Shown here piece after piece: positions 9,112 to 17,094 of a stretch of DNA of 64,000 nt. Every line of letters begins with the position of its first letter. Within the stretch, counting starts at the first letter, position 1. Under the pieces are notes generated by a model. It did no database searches and was not told the DNA's origin. It saw nothing but the letters and a program-made list of their open reading frames with translations. Origin of the DNA: Vicinamibacterales bacterium (GTDB lineage: Bacteria > Acidobacteriota > Vicinamibacteria > Vicinamibacterales > UBA8438); the NCBI GenBank assembly GCA_965207665.1, contig CBDBMV010000002.1, forward strand, positions 89,704 to 153,703. The letters run 5' to 3'. Position numbers and translations under genes: made by a program.

Positions 9112-10503
9112 TTAAGAAACTCCAGGCTCCACGAGTTGGCCCGTTTCTAGATGGATCAGGCCGAGACCGAGTTGTTGGGCACGGTTACGGAGATTTCGTA
9201 GGGCGCGCGTACGGTGTTGCGCTTCGTAGGCGTCGACACCCGGATCGGCGTACTCGATGTCGCCGCGCAAAACCCGGTAGACAAGTATCGCGAGCTTACG
9301 AGCCGTCGCGGTGATGGCCTTGGCCTTCCCGACACGGTAGGCGAGACGGCGGTAGTACGCCCCGAGGGCGGTGGAGGTTCTCCCGACCGACATGGCGCAC
9401 AAGCGGAGTATGGTGGCGGCACGGTTCGCAGATGGGACGGTCCGCGAGCTAATCACTCGCCCTCCGGTGATCTTGTTCTTGGGCGCGAGGGTCAGCCAGG
9501 ACGTGAAGTGCTTTGCGCTGGGCCACCGCGTCATGTCGGTGCCGATCTCGGCGATGAGTCGTAGGGCCGTATACGGCCCGATGGAGTCGATCCGTGTGAG
9601 ATCCGCGCCGCAGAGGCGGTGGAGGGGGCTGCGAATCTCGAAGCGCGGTTCGTTCTTGGTCCGCTGCCGCTGCCGCGCCGGAGAAAGCGCGTTCTCGGAA
9701 GACGCGTGCTCCGCGGCCAAGTCCCGCAGCAGGGATTCGATCGCCTCATCGCATCGGCCGATCTGATGCTGATAGCTCTCGTAGAGTTCGAGGTTTTGGC
9801 GCAGGGCAAAGACATGCTCTGGCCGATAGTTCCCGGTCAGTGCGGCGGCAATCTCGTCCTCAGACGCACGACAGCGGTAGTTGCGGTGAGCCGCGAGTGC
9901 GCCGGGGTCGGTCACGCCGCGGGCGATGTCGCGTACGATTCGTATCCCCGTCTCTCCGGTGATGTCGGTAATGACATGATGGAGCTGGACGTTCATCTGC
10001 ACCAGGGCTTTCTGAATCCGACGGACGTGCGTGGCGGCATCCTGTATCAGCGTCTCCCGATGCCGGAGGTACGCGCGGAGTGAGACCAGATCCGCTGACG
10101 GTCGGAAACTCCCGCGCAGCAGGCCGACGCTGTGCAGTTCCTGCAGCCACTGGCAGTCGATCACATCCGTCTTCCGTCCCGGGACGTTCTTCACGTGTCG
10201 GGCGTTCACCAGCACTACCTCAAAGCCTTGTGCTTCGAGCATGTCATACAGCGGGATCCAGAACACGCCGGTGGCCTCCATAGCCACCGTGTCGATGCGG
10301 CATGCCTGCAACCACTCGACCAGTTTAGAAAGCTGTGGCGTCAGCGTCCTGAAGCGACGGACCGGCTCTCGGTCCCGATCGGCCGGTACCGCCACGTAGT
10401 GATGCTGAGCCCCGCAGTCGATCCCGGCGGCGTTGGGCTTGATCTCCGGTAGTGCCGCCGCCGGCTTCTTCGTCTTCTGTGCACGAACGCGCCTGTCTGC
10501 CAT
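9112..10503 (-). CDS. IS110-family transposase (DEDD/RuvC-like N-terminal domain plus C-terminal Tnp domain)
   Basis: 463 aa: AGIDCGAQHHYVAV, VAMEATGVFW, VVLVNARHVKN ... KTDVIDCQWL; C-terminal LTRIDSIGPYTALRLIAEIG ... FTSWLTLAPKNKITGG. Confidence 0.9.
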   Translation of the reverse strand: MADRRVRAQKTKKPAAALPEIKPNAAGIDCGAQHHYVAVPADRDREPVRRFRTLTPQLSKLVEWLQACRIDTVAMEATGVFWIPLYDMLEAQGFEVVLVNARHVKNVPGRKTDVIDCQWLQELHSVGLLRGSFRPSADLVSLRAYLRHRETLIQDAATHVRRIQKALVQMNVQLHHVITDITGETGIRIVRDIARGVTDPGALAAHRNYRCRASEDEIAAALTGNYRPEHVFALRQNLELYESYQHQIGRCDEAIESLLRDLAAEHASSENALSPARQRQRTKNEPRFEIRSPLHRLCGADLTRIDSIGPYTALRLIAEIGTDMTRWPSAKHFTSWLTLAPKNKITGGRVISSRTVPSANRAATILRLCAMSVGRTSTALGAYYRRLAYRVGKAKAITATARKLAILVYRVLRGDIEYADPGVDAYEAQHRTRALRNLRNRAQQLGLGLIHLETGQLVEPGVS

Positions 10504-10766
10504 CGGATCCTCCTCCGCTCGGCGATTGGAGAGTCCGGGGGCAGGGTGCGGTTAGGAACAATCTCTTAAGCGGGATCACGCAAGCGTGTCACCAACGAGG
10601 TGGCCGCGACACATCCCTTGGACCACGCTCCCAAACGGGCTCGCCAAGCACCAGTGGAAGGGTCGGCCTCAGTCCCCGGACGCCGCCGCGACTCTACCCC
10701 AGCATGCCGCGAGAGAACCCCGGTTTCTTTGATTTCAGGTGTCGGGCGTCGCGCCCCGTACGGCGG
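10504..10766 (-). ncRNA. Candidate bridge-RNA-encoding 5' non-coding end of IS110 copy 1
   Basis: 263 nt without a credible ORF, upstream of the transposase gene. Contains 8-mers identical to the element-end/core junction (ctcttaag at 10563-10570) and to the target-flank/core junction (gctcccaa at 10627-10634). Confidence 0.35.
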
Positions 10767-10769
10767 CTC

Positions 10770-12161
10770 TTAAGAAACTCCAGGCTCCACGAGTTGGCCC
10801 GTTTCTAGATGGATCAGGCCGAGACCGAGTTGTTGGGCACGGTTACGGAGATTTCGTAGGGCGCGCGTACGGTGTTGCGCTTCGTAGGCGTCGACACCCG
10901 GATCGGCGTACTCGATGTCGCCGCGCAAAACCCGGTAGACAAGTATCGCGAGCTTACGAGCCGTCGCGGTGATGGCCTTGGCCTTCCCGACACGGTAGGC
11001 GAGACGGCGGTAGTACGCCCCGAGGGCGGTGGAGGTTCTCCCGACCGACATGGCGCACAAGCGGAGTATGGTGGCGGCACGGTTCGCAGATGGGACGGTC
11101 CGCGAGCTAATCACTCGCCCTCCGGTGATCTTGTTCTTGGGCGCGAGGGTCAGCCAGGACGTGAAGTGCTTTGCGCTGGGCCACCGCGTCATGTCGGTGC
11201 CGATCTCGGCGATGAGTCGTAGGGCCGTATACGGCCCGATGGAGTCGATCCGTGTGAGATCCGCGCCGCAGAGGCGGTGGAGGGGGCTGCGAATCTCGAA
11301 GCGCGGTTCGTTCTTGGTCCGCTGCCGCTGCCGCGCCGGAGAAAGCGCGTTCTCGGAAGACGCGTGCTCCGCGGCCAAGTCCCGCAGCAGGGATTCGATC
11401 GCCTCATCGCATCGGCCGATCTGATGCTGATAGCTCTCGTAGAGTTCGAGGTTTTGGCGCAGGGCAAAGACATGCTCTGGCCGATAGTTCCCGGTCAGTG
11501 CGGCGGCAATCTCGTCCTCAGACGCACGACAGCGGTAGTTGCGGTGAGCCGCGAGTGCGCCGGGGTCGGTCACGCCGCGGGCGATGTCGCGTACGATTCG
11601 TATCCCCGTCTCTCCGGTGATGTCGGTAATGACATGATGGAGCTGGACGTTCATCTGCACCAGGGCTTTCTGAATCCGACGGACGTGCGTGGCGGCATCC
11701 TGTATCAGCGTCTCCCGATGCCGGAGGTACGCGCGGAGTGAGACCAGATCCGCTGACGGTCGGAAACTCCCGCGCAGCAGGCCGACGCTGTGCAGTTCCT
11801 GCAGCCACTGGCAGTCGATCACATCCGTCTTCCGTCCCGGGACGTTCTTCACGTGTCGGGCGTTCACCAGCACTACCTCAAAGCCTTGTGCTTCGAGCAT
11901 GTCATACAGCGGGATCCAGAACACGCCGGTGGCCTCCATAGCCACCGTGTCGATGCGGCATGCCTGCAACCACTCGACCAGTTTAGAAAGCTGTGGCGTC
12001 AGCGTCCTGAAGCGACGGACCGGCTCTCGGTCCCGATCGGCCGGTACCGCCACGTAGTGATGCTGAGCCCCGCAGTCGATCCCGGCGGCGTTGGGCTTGA
12101 TCTCCGGTAGTGCCGCCGCCGGCTTCTTCGTCTTCTGTGCACGAACGCGCCTGTCTGCCAT
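10770..12161 (-). CDS. IS110-family transposase (identical second copy)
   Basis: 463-aa product identical to 9112..10503. Confidence 0.9.
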   Translation of the reverse strand: MADRRVRAQKTKKPAAALPEIKPNAAGIDCGAQHHYVAVPADRDREPVRRFRTLTPQLSKLVEWLQACRIDTVAMEATGVFWIPLYDMLEAQGFEVVLVNARHVKNVPGRKTDVIDCQWLQELHSVGLLRGSFRPSADLVSLRAYLRHRETLIQDAATHVRRIQKALVQMNVQLHHVITDITGETGIRIVRDIARGVTDPGALAAHRNYRCRASEDEIAAALTGNYRPEHVFALRQNLELYESYQHQIGRCDEAIESLLRDLAAEHASSENALSPARQRQRTKNEPRFEIRSPLHRLCGADLTRIDSIGPYTALRLIAEIGTDMTRWPSAKHFTSWLTLAPKNKITGGRVISSRTVPSANRAATILRLCAMSVGRTSTALGAYYRRLAYRVGKAKAITATARKLAILVYRVLRGDIEYADPGVDAYEAQHRTRALRNLRNRAQQLGLGLIHLETGQLVEPGVS

Positions 12162-12424
12162 CGGATCCTCCTCCGCTCGGCGATTGGAGAGTCCGGGGGC
12201 AGGGTGCGGTTAGGAACAATCTCTTAAGCGGGATCACGCAAGCGTGTCACCAACGAGGTGGCCGCGACACATCCCTTGGACCACGCTCCCAAACGGGCTC
12301 GCCAAGCACCAGTGGAAGGGTCGGCCTCAGTCCCCGGACGCCGCCGCGACTCTACCCCAGCATGCCGCGAGAGAACCCCGGTTTCTTTGATTTCAGGTGT
12401 CGGGCGTCGCGCCCCGTACGGCGG
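12162..12424 (-). ncRNA. Candidate bridge-RNA-encoding 5' non-coding end of IS110 copy 2
   Basis: Identical to 10504..10766. Confidence 0.35.
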
Positions 12425-12427
12425 CTC

Positions 12428-12469
12428 CCAAGAAATGGAGTCTCCAGGAAACCCGGTACGGTTCATACA
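12428..12469 (-). mobile_element. IS3-family left-end remnant (terminal repeat region), separated from its orfA start by the IS110 pair
   Basis: Minus strand reads TG(TA)TGAACCGTACCGGGTTTCCTGGAGACTCCATTTCTTGG. Joining it to 9108 and downward restores GGGAGGA-N8-ATG of the orfA fragment. Confidence 0.4.
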
Positions 12470-12609
12470 AATGGTTGACGACATCTCTGTCCTCGACAAT
12501 AGTGCTGCTCTTTGTCTGAGCGATGAGAACGAAAGTCAAATTATTCAATAGCCGTGCCTTCATCGCCATCTACAGGAGGCAGGGCGGCGCACTTAGGCCA
12601 ACAATCCTA

Positions 12610-14709
12610 TCATGGCATGAGCGCGACAAAATCTGCGTACGCTGTGCGCAACCTCGCTACGAAATGGTTTCTCTCCTGCGCCTGGACGTGTCGCGTCTGT
12701 ACTGCGGTCTTCTTCTCGTACGGGTGTGATACTGGAACGTGGTTTCGCCGAGTGTTCATGTCCCGGAAGCAGCCACCTATTCTTGGACAATTCCTTGAAA
12801 ACGGTCCGTTCGCGTCCAGCGTCACTCCGAAATCAACAAGGTTTCCATCCTTGCCCACCGTGGTACAAGCTGCGCGGTGACCCGCAGCCGCTAGGTGCCG
12901 CTGTAGCGCCAAGAACACAGTTTGATTAAACGAGTTCTGACATACCAACCAAAACGATCGCCTAGCAGCGAACGTCGCCTCCGCCAGCTTTAGCATGCCG
13001 AGTGCATGGACGTACTCAGCGCCCAACAGCGTGCGCCATGATTTACCCCGTGGCACGCTGTATCGAGCGTTGAGAATCTCCGCAACGGCATCAACTTTCG
13101 GGACCGGCGACGCGGTGACGCCCAGCTCACCTAGCGTGTTCGCTACCTGCGATGGCAGCGCCGCCGTCGTTAGGCCAAACGTCGACGGGGATAACCCTCG
13201 CTCTTGCAGTGCCGCACAAACTGAAAGGCCGGGTTCAGGACTGCTGCGCCTGAGAAATATATCTACCAGCTCGTCTTTGCGATAGCTTCCATCCGGAAGA
13301 ACGGGAGCTAACACCGATTGCAGCAGCGGCACCTGGTACTTCAGCCACCGACTGAGACGACGCGACGTCACCTCCTCAGAGACGCACAGGAAGTGACACG
13401 CCCCCCATTTCTCCACGAAGTTCTCAAAGGATTTCTTTCTTGCAATACTCACGGCACGGTCGATGAAGTTGCGGAGTTCAGCCACGGTCTTCGAGGTTGG
13501 GGTCCGTACGTACCGGGCAAGCACGTGCCACGCCTCGCCACGAATGTACGGGTAGGGACTGCTTTGAACTAGATCGTGACAGAGTCGTTCGATCGGCCTG
13601 CGAAAGCCAAATCGTCCGATATAGGCAAAGAACGCATCAGCATGCTCAGGATGTCGTGTGATCAGGCGTAGGACGAATTTGAGTAGGTCCGTATCCGGAT
13701 CTGCACGGTAGAGTACAAACCGAAGCCTTGTCTTGTCAGTAACACGGTTAGGTCTCCCTGCAATCGCAGAGCGAAAAGTGCTGCGAGCATACTGCCTGTC
13801 GAGCCTTTCGCTCCCTGAGCCTTCATGTTGCGGATCTGAAATGCTCGGCAACATCCCCATCGCGTCTTCCACGCTCTGTGCACGCTTTATGGAAAACTTT
13901 CCGGTCTGGGGAATAAGGCCTCGCTCCCTACAATGGCGCTCCAGTTCAATGAGACTTGCACGAACCTCGTCCTCAGTCGCACCGAAAAGCCTAACGTCGT
14001 CAACATATCGCGTATAGCCCCGACGCTTCTGTAGGGCGCGGTCGATGGGAAAGAGGAAGCATTCGGCAAGGAAATCAGATGCTAGCGGACCTTGCGGCAA
14101 TCCATGACCGTGTCCAGACGACGCTCGGTCGGAACTCCAGACCTTTAGGCACTCTCCGAGCCATTCCAGGTCGGCACTCGACGTTCGGGGATAAATCGTC
14201 CTCAGTAGAAGCTCGTGAGAAATTGTCTCGTAAAATGCCGCCAGGTCGAAGTCGCCAACCCACCGGATACCGTCGGCGTAGTGCCTCTTAATCTGGCGCT
14301 GGAATGCCCTGTATGTGAACTGCCATTGGCGAAAGAAAAAGATGCTCTCGGGTTTCTCGAGTATGTTGCTGAACACGACCTTGAACTGGAGCGGTCGGCG
14401 TTTCTGCTGCATTCGCTTGGCCGCGAGATTGGCGAATGCCTGAAGGACGATCTGATCTTCGACTCGAAGTAGAGCAAGCGGTCGATGGAGGCCTGAGGCC
14501 TTTGGAACGTAAATGCGTTCTGGACGTTGCGGTTCAAAGGCCCGACCGATTAGGCGTTGCCGGAGGTCTGCTAGGTTCGCACTAAGCGCGACCTCGTATG
14601 CGTAGTATATGTCTCGATAGAAGCGCTTATACTGGTAATTGCTACCCGTTGTGATTCGTCGCCAAGCCAGCTCTAAATTGTTCTTGCTTGCGAGCTGGTT
14701 TATCCTCAT
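12610..14709 (-). CDS. Stand-alone reverse transcriptase with ~370-aa helical C-terminal extension (Abi/UG defence-associated RT-like)
   Basis: 699 aa with RT motifs YVPKASGLHRPLALLRVEDQIVLQA, DFDLAAFYETISH, GLPQGPLASDFLAECF and YTRYVDDVRLFG. No endonuclease or maturase motifs seen. Low-G+C context. Confidence 0.85.
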   Translation of the reverse strand: MRINQLASKNNLELAWRRITTGSNYQYKRFYRDIYYAYEVALSANLADLRQRLIGRAFEPQRPERIYVPKASGLHRPLALLRVEDQIVLQAFANLAAKRMQQKRRPLQFKVVFSNILEKPESIFFFRQWQFTYRAFQRQIKRHYADGIRWVGDFDLAAFYETISHELLLRTIYPRTSSADLEWLGECLKVWSSDRASSGHGHGLPQGPLASDFLAECFLFPIDRALQKRRGYTRYVDDVRLFGATEDEVRASLIELERHCRERGLIPQTGKFSIKRAQSVEDAMGMLPSISDPQHEGSGSERLDRQYARSTFRSAIAGRPNRVTDKTRLRFVLYRADPDTDLLKFVLRLITRHPEHADAFFAYIGRFGFRRPIERLCHDLVQSSPYPYIRGEAWHVLARYVRTPTSKTVAELRNFIDRAVSIARKKSFENFVEKWGACHFLCVSEEVTSRRLSRWLKYQVPLLQSVLAPVLPDGSYRKDELVDIFLRRSSPEPGLSVCAALQERGLSPSTFGLTTAALPSQVANTLGELGVTASPVPKVDAVAEILNARYSVPRGKSWRTLLGAEYVHALGMLKLAEATFAARRSFWLVCQNSFNQTVFLALQRHLAAAGHRAACTTVGKDGNLVDFGVTLDANGPFSRNCPRIGGCFRDMNTRRNHVPVSHPYEKKTAVQTRHVQAQERNHFVARLRTAYADFVALMP

Positions 14710-15143
14710 CGAATTTGCCGATTAACGTCCGTTGCGCAGAGCGTCGTCACACAAGGTGGTCCGGGTGCGGTTGAGGAACTCGCGTATGCCTACGCCGGCT
14801 TAGTTCATCGGGTGCAAGAGAAAGACTACATCACGGCACCACTACTGCAGCTCAGATATTCGCTACGAATACCCCGACTACCGTCACCTCCCCGACAGTC
14901 ATGTTCTCAACCTCGCCACCAACCTATTGCAGGCACCGAAACATCAACGGCCAACTGCGTAGGAACTCAAACCGAGGCTACACTGATCCGAAAAGTGCGG
15001 GATGTTCTGGATACAACCGGTGTCTAGCTATGTATATAAGCTCTCGAAAGAATATCACCGGCCAGATTCTTGCGACCGCCTCATGACCCCGTGCGATCGC
15101 GGTAGTGTTCCGACGACTCCTCGGGTCGAGATTATCTGCGCGG

Positions 15144-15575
15144 TCAACTCCTAGATGCAGCACTCGCTACGAGGAGAACCGAACCAGTGACTAGTAACGG
15201 AAGCCCCCACGAAAGCTGTACAGACTGCATCGCTATTTCGCCCAACGCTGCGAACGGATTGCCAGCGAGCTCGACTTCCATCTCAGTCCGAACGCTACTC
15301 AGCATCATCTGGAACTGAATAAACGTAAATCCAATAACAGCCAAGGAACCGAACCCGGCAATCCAGTTCCACGCATACCGTCCCATTAGCGTCGCGACAA
15401 TTGCGGACACGCCGAGGATCAAGACGATTGTGCCATCACCTTGGCCGTTTTGGAAGTACGACTGACTACCCACGAACGGCAACGTCACGATGGGTGCGAA
15501 CACGCCAACGGCACAAACGATTCCTCCCACTAGCCCCAACCAGTAACGTCTTGGCACGCCCATCGCCTCTGCCAT
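15144..15575 (-). CDS. Small integral membrane protein (about 4 TM helices)
   Basis: 143-aa ORF with four hydrophobic stretches. Same strand as the RT, upstream of it. Confidence 0.55.
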   Translation of the reverse strand: MAEAMGVPRRYWLGLVGGIVCAVGVFAPIVTLPFVGSQSYFQNGQGDGTIVLILGVSAIVATLMGRYAWNWIAGFGSLAVIGFTFIQFQMMLSSVRTEMEVELAGNPFAALGEIAMQSVQLSWGLPLLVTGSVLLVASAASRS

Positions 15576-15834
15576 ACCATTTGCCTTTCGCTCTACGCCC
15601 GATACGCCATCAACATGCTATGTACGCCTGTCGGCACGTGCCTCACTAGGACCACTATCGACGGAATGCATGCCCCTCTTCGCGAGCGGCCTCCAGTATC
15701 GAACCATTTTTTATGTCACGATCCAATGAAGGAAAACCTCACTATCCATTGACTGCCCGCACCGAGGAATCGATCCGCAGGACGCGTGCGAAGTGGCCTT
15801 CGTTCTCCCGACCAACACACGACCTAAGTTGAGT

Positions 15835-15925
15835 GGCGGAGAGGGTGGGATTCGAACCCACGTGCCGGTTTCCCGACAAGACGCTTTCGAGGCGCCCCCG
15901 TTACGACCACTTCGGTACCTCTCCG
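15835..15925 (-). tRNA. tRNA-Ser (anticodon CGA)
   Basis: Reverse complement folds as a type II tRNA. Acceptor stem GGAGAGG/CCTCTCC, anticodon loop CTCGAAA, long variable arm, T-arm GTGGGTTCGAATCCCAC, encoded CCA. Confidence 0.9.
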
Positions 15926-15989
15926 CATATTTTGACGGCGGGGGTGCGGTGGTCTCGCTCTCCCCTGCCCTACTGTCCGGCGCCTGGCG

Positions 15990-16493
15990 CTACGTGCCGG
16001 CGGCCTCGGCCGCGCGCGGCTCCGTAGCGCGCCGGCGCCGGAAGAACGCCTGCATCAGCTCGCGGCACTCGGCTTCGAGCACGCCGCCGACCGCGCTCAC
16101 GCGGTGGTTGAGCGCGGGGTTGTCGAGCGCCTGCGCTACCGACGCGACAGCGCCTGAACGCGGCTCCGGGGCGCCGTACACCAGCGTCGCGATCCGCGCG
16201 TGCACCAGCGCGCCGGCGCACATGAGGCACGGCTCGACGGTGACGTACAGCGCCGCGCCGGTGAGCCGGTAGTTGCCGAGTGCGCGTGCGGCCGACCGCA
16301 GTGCGACCATTTCGGCGTGCGCGGTCGGGTCGCTGGCACTGATCGGCTGATTGAAGCCGGCGCCGACCAACCGGCCCTCGTGCACGACCACGGCGCCGAC
16401 CGGCACCTCATCCAATTCGAGGGCTTGCAGCGCCTGGTCGAGCGCGGCGCGCATCCAGCGCTCGTGCTCGCTCGCGGCTTCGCCGGCAGCCAC
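15990..16493 (-). CDS. tadA: tRNA adenosine(34) deaminase
   Basis: HAEMVALR and PCLMCAGAL zinc-deaminase motifs; 167 aa. Confidence 0.9.
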   Translation of the reverse strand: MAAGEAASEHERWMRAALDQALQALELDEVPVGAVVVHEGRLVGAGFNQPISASDPTAHAEMVALRSAARALGNYRLTGAALYVTVEPCLMCAGALVHARIATLVYGAPEPRSGAVASVAQALDNPALNHRVSAVGGVLEAECRELMQAFFRRRRATEPRAAEAAGT

Positions 16494-16509
16494 GTTCCAG
16501 CCTCTAATC

Positions 16510-17082
16510 CTACTGTCCGGCTTCGTTGTCGATCCAGACGCGGATGTTGCGGCCGCCGCCGGTCACCCGGATGTCGTCGCCGGGCCGGCCGGCCAGGGCC
16601 TGCACGGCGCCCTGGATGTCCAGGCGGTCGCCGTCGGCCGCCAGCGCGGCGTCGAGCACGGCGGCGGGCAGCTCGGCCAGCATGGTCTCGCCGTCGCGCT
16701 CCGCGTTCACGGTGACCTGCTCGCCGGTCTTCTCCACGCGGACGACGGCGCCCTCGTGCTCGGCGGTGACGGGGCCCGACGCGGATTGCACCTCGGCCCA
16801 CAGATCGCGCAGCGCGTCGACGGGCAGGACCTGCCCCGAGCCCAGGTTGATCTGCCCGTTCTCGGTGATGGCGTTGGGCGCCATGGCCAGCAGCGCGCCG
16901 ACGGCGCCGACCGGCAGCGTGAGGCTGCCGGGCTCGGCGCCGGCCTCCTCCGTCTGGATGTGAAGATACGCCGGCGGGGCGCCGGGGTCCTGCGCGGACG
17001 GCGCCACCATGACGAACGCAACGGTCACTATCGCCGCGGCGGCGGCCAGGACGGCGAACAGGATGAGGGCGGCGAGGCGCAT
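16510..17082 (-). CDS. Hypothetical membrane-anchored or secreted protein
   Basis: 190-aa ORF with N-terminal hydrophobic helix [26 protein letters not shown]. No family recognised. Confidence 0.5.
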   Translation of the reverse strand: MRLAALILFAVLAAAAAIVTVAFVMVAPSAQDPGAPPAYLHIQTEEAGAEPGSLTLPVGAVGALLAMAPNAITENGQINLGSGQVLPVDALRDLWAEVQSASGPVTAEHEGAVVRVEKTGEQVTVNAERDGETMLAELPAAVLDAALAADGDRLDIQGAVQALAGRPGDDIRVTGGGRNIRVWIDNEAGQ

Positions 17083-17094
17083 CGTGCGGCCGTT

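Larger units (their letters stand above)
9109..10769 (-). mobile_element. IS110-family insertion sequence, copy 1 (coordinates include the flanking CTC cores)
   Basis: 1658-bp unit repeated exactly at +1658. The transposase stop codon abuts the element end. 263-nt non-coding 5' end. CTC is present at 9109-9111, 10767-10769 and 12425-12427. Confidence 0.85.
10767..12427 (-). mobile_element. IS110-family insertion sequence, copy 2, head-to-tail with copy 1
   Basis: All six-frame ORFs and the non-coding end read identically to copy 1. No spacer other than the shared CTC. Confidence 0.85.

Noticed and set aside
12610-14709. Reverse transcriptase as a retron, group II intron or DGR component
   Set aside because: It is about twice the size of retron RTs, has YVDD without the retron VTG signature, and I could identify no flanking inverted repeats typical of msr/msd. 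There is no maturase or endonuclease domain and I noticed no intron-like RNA. No template/variable repeat pair or target gene was seen. This rejection is by eye only.
6800-15835. Search for an integrase or recombinase that would define an active genomic island
   Set aside because: No ORF in the region shows tyrosine-recombinase (R..HxxR..Y) or serine-recombinase signatures. Only the IS110 transposases are present.
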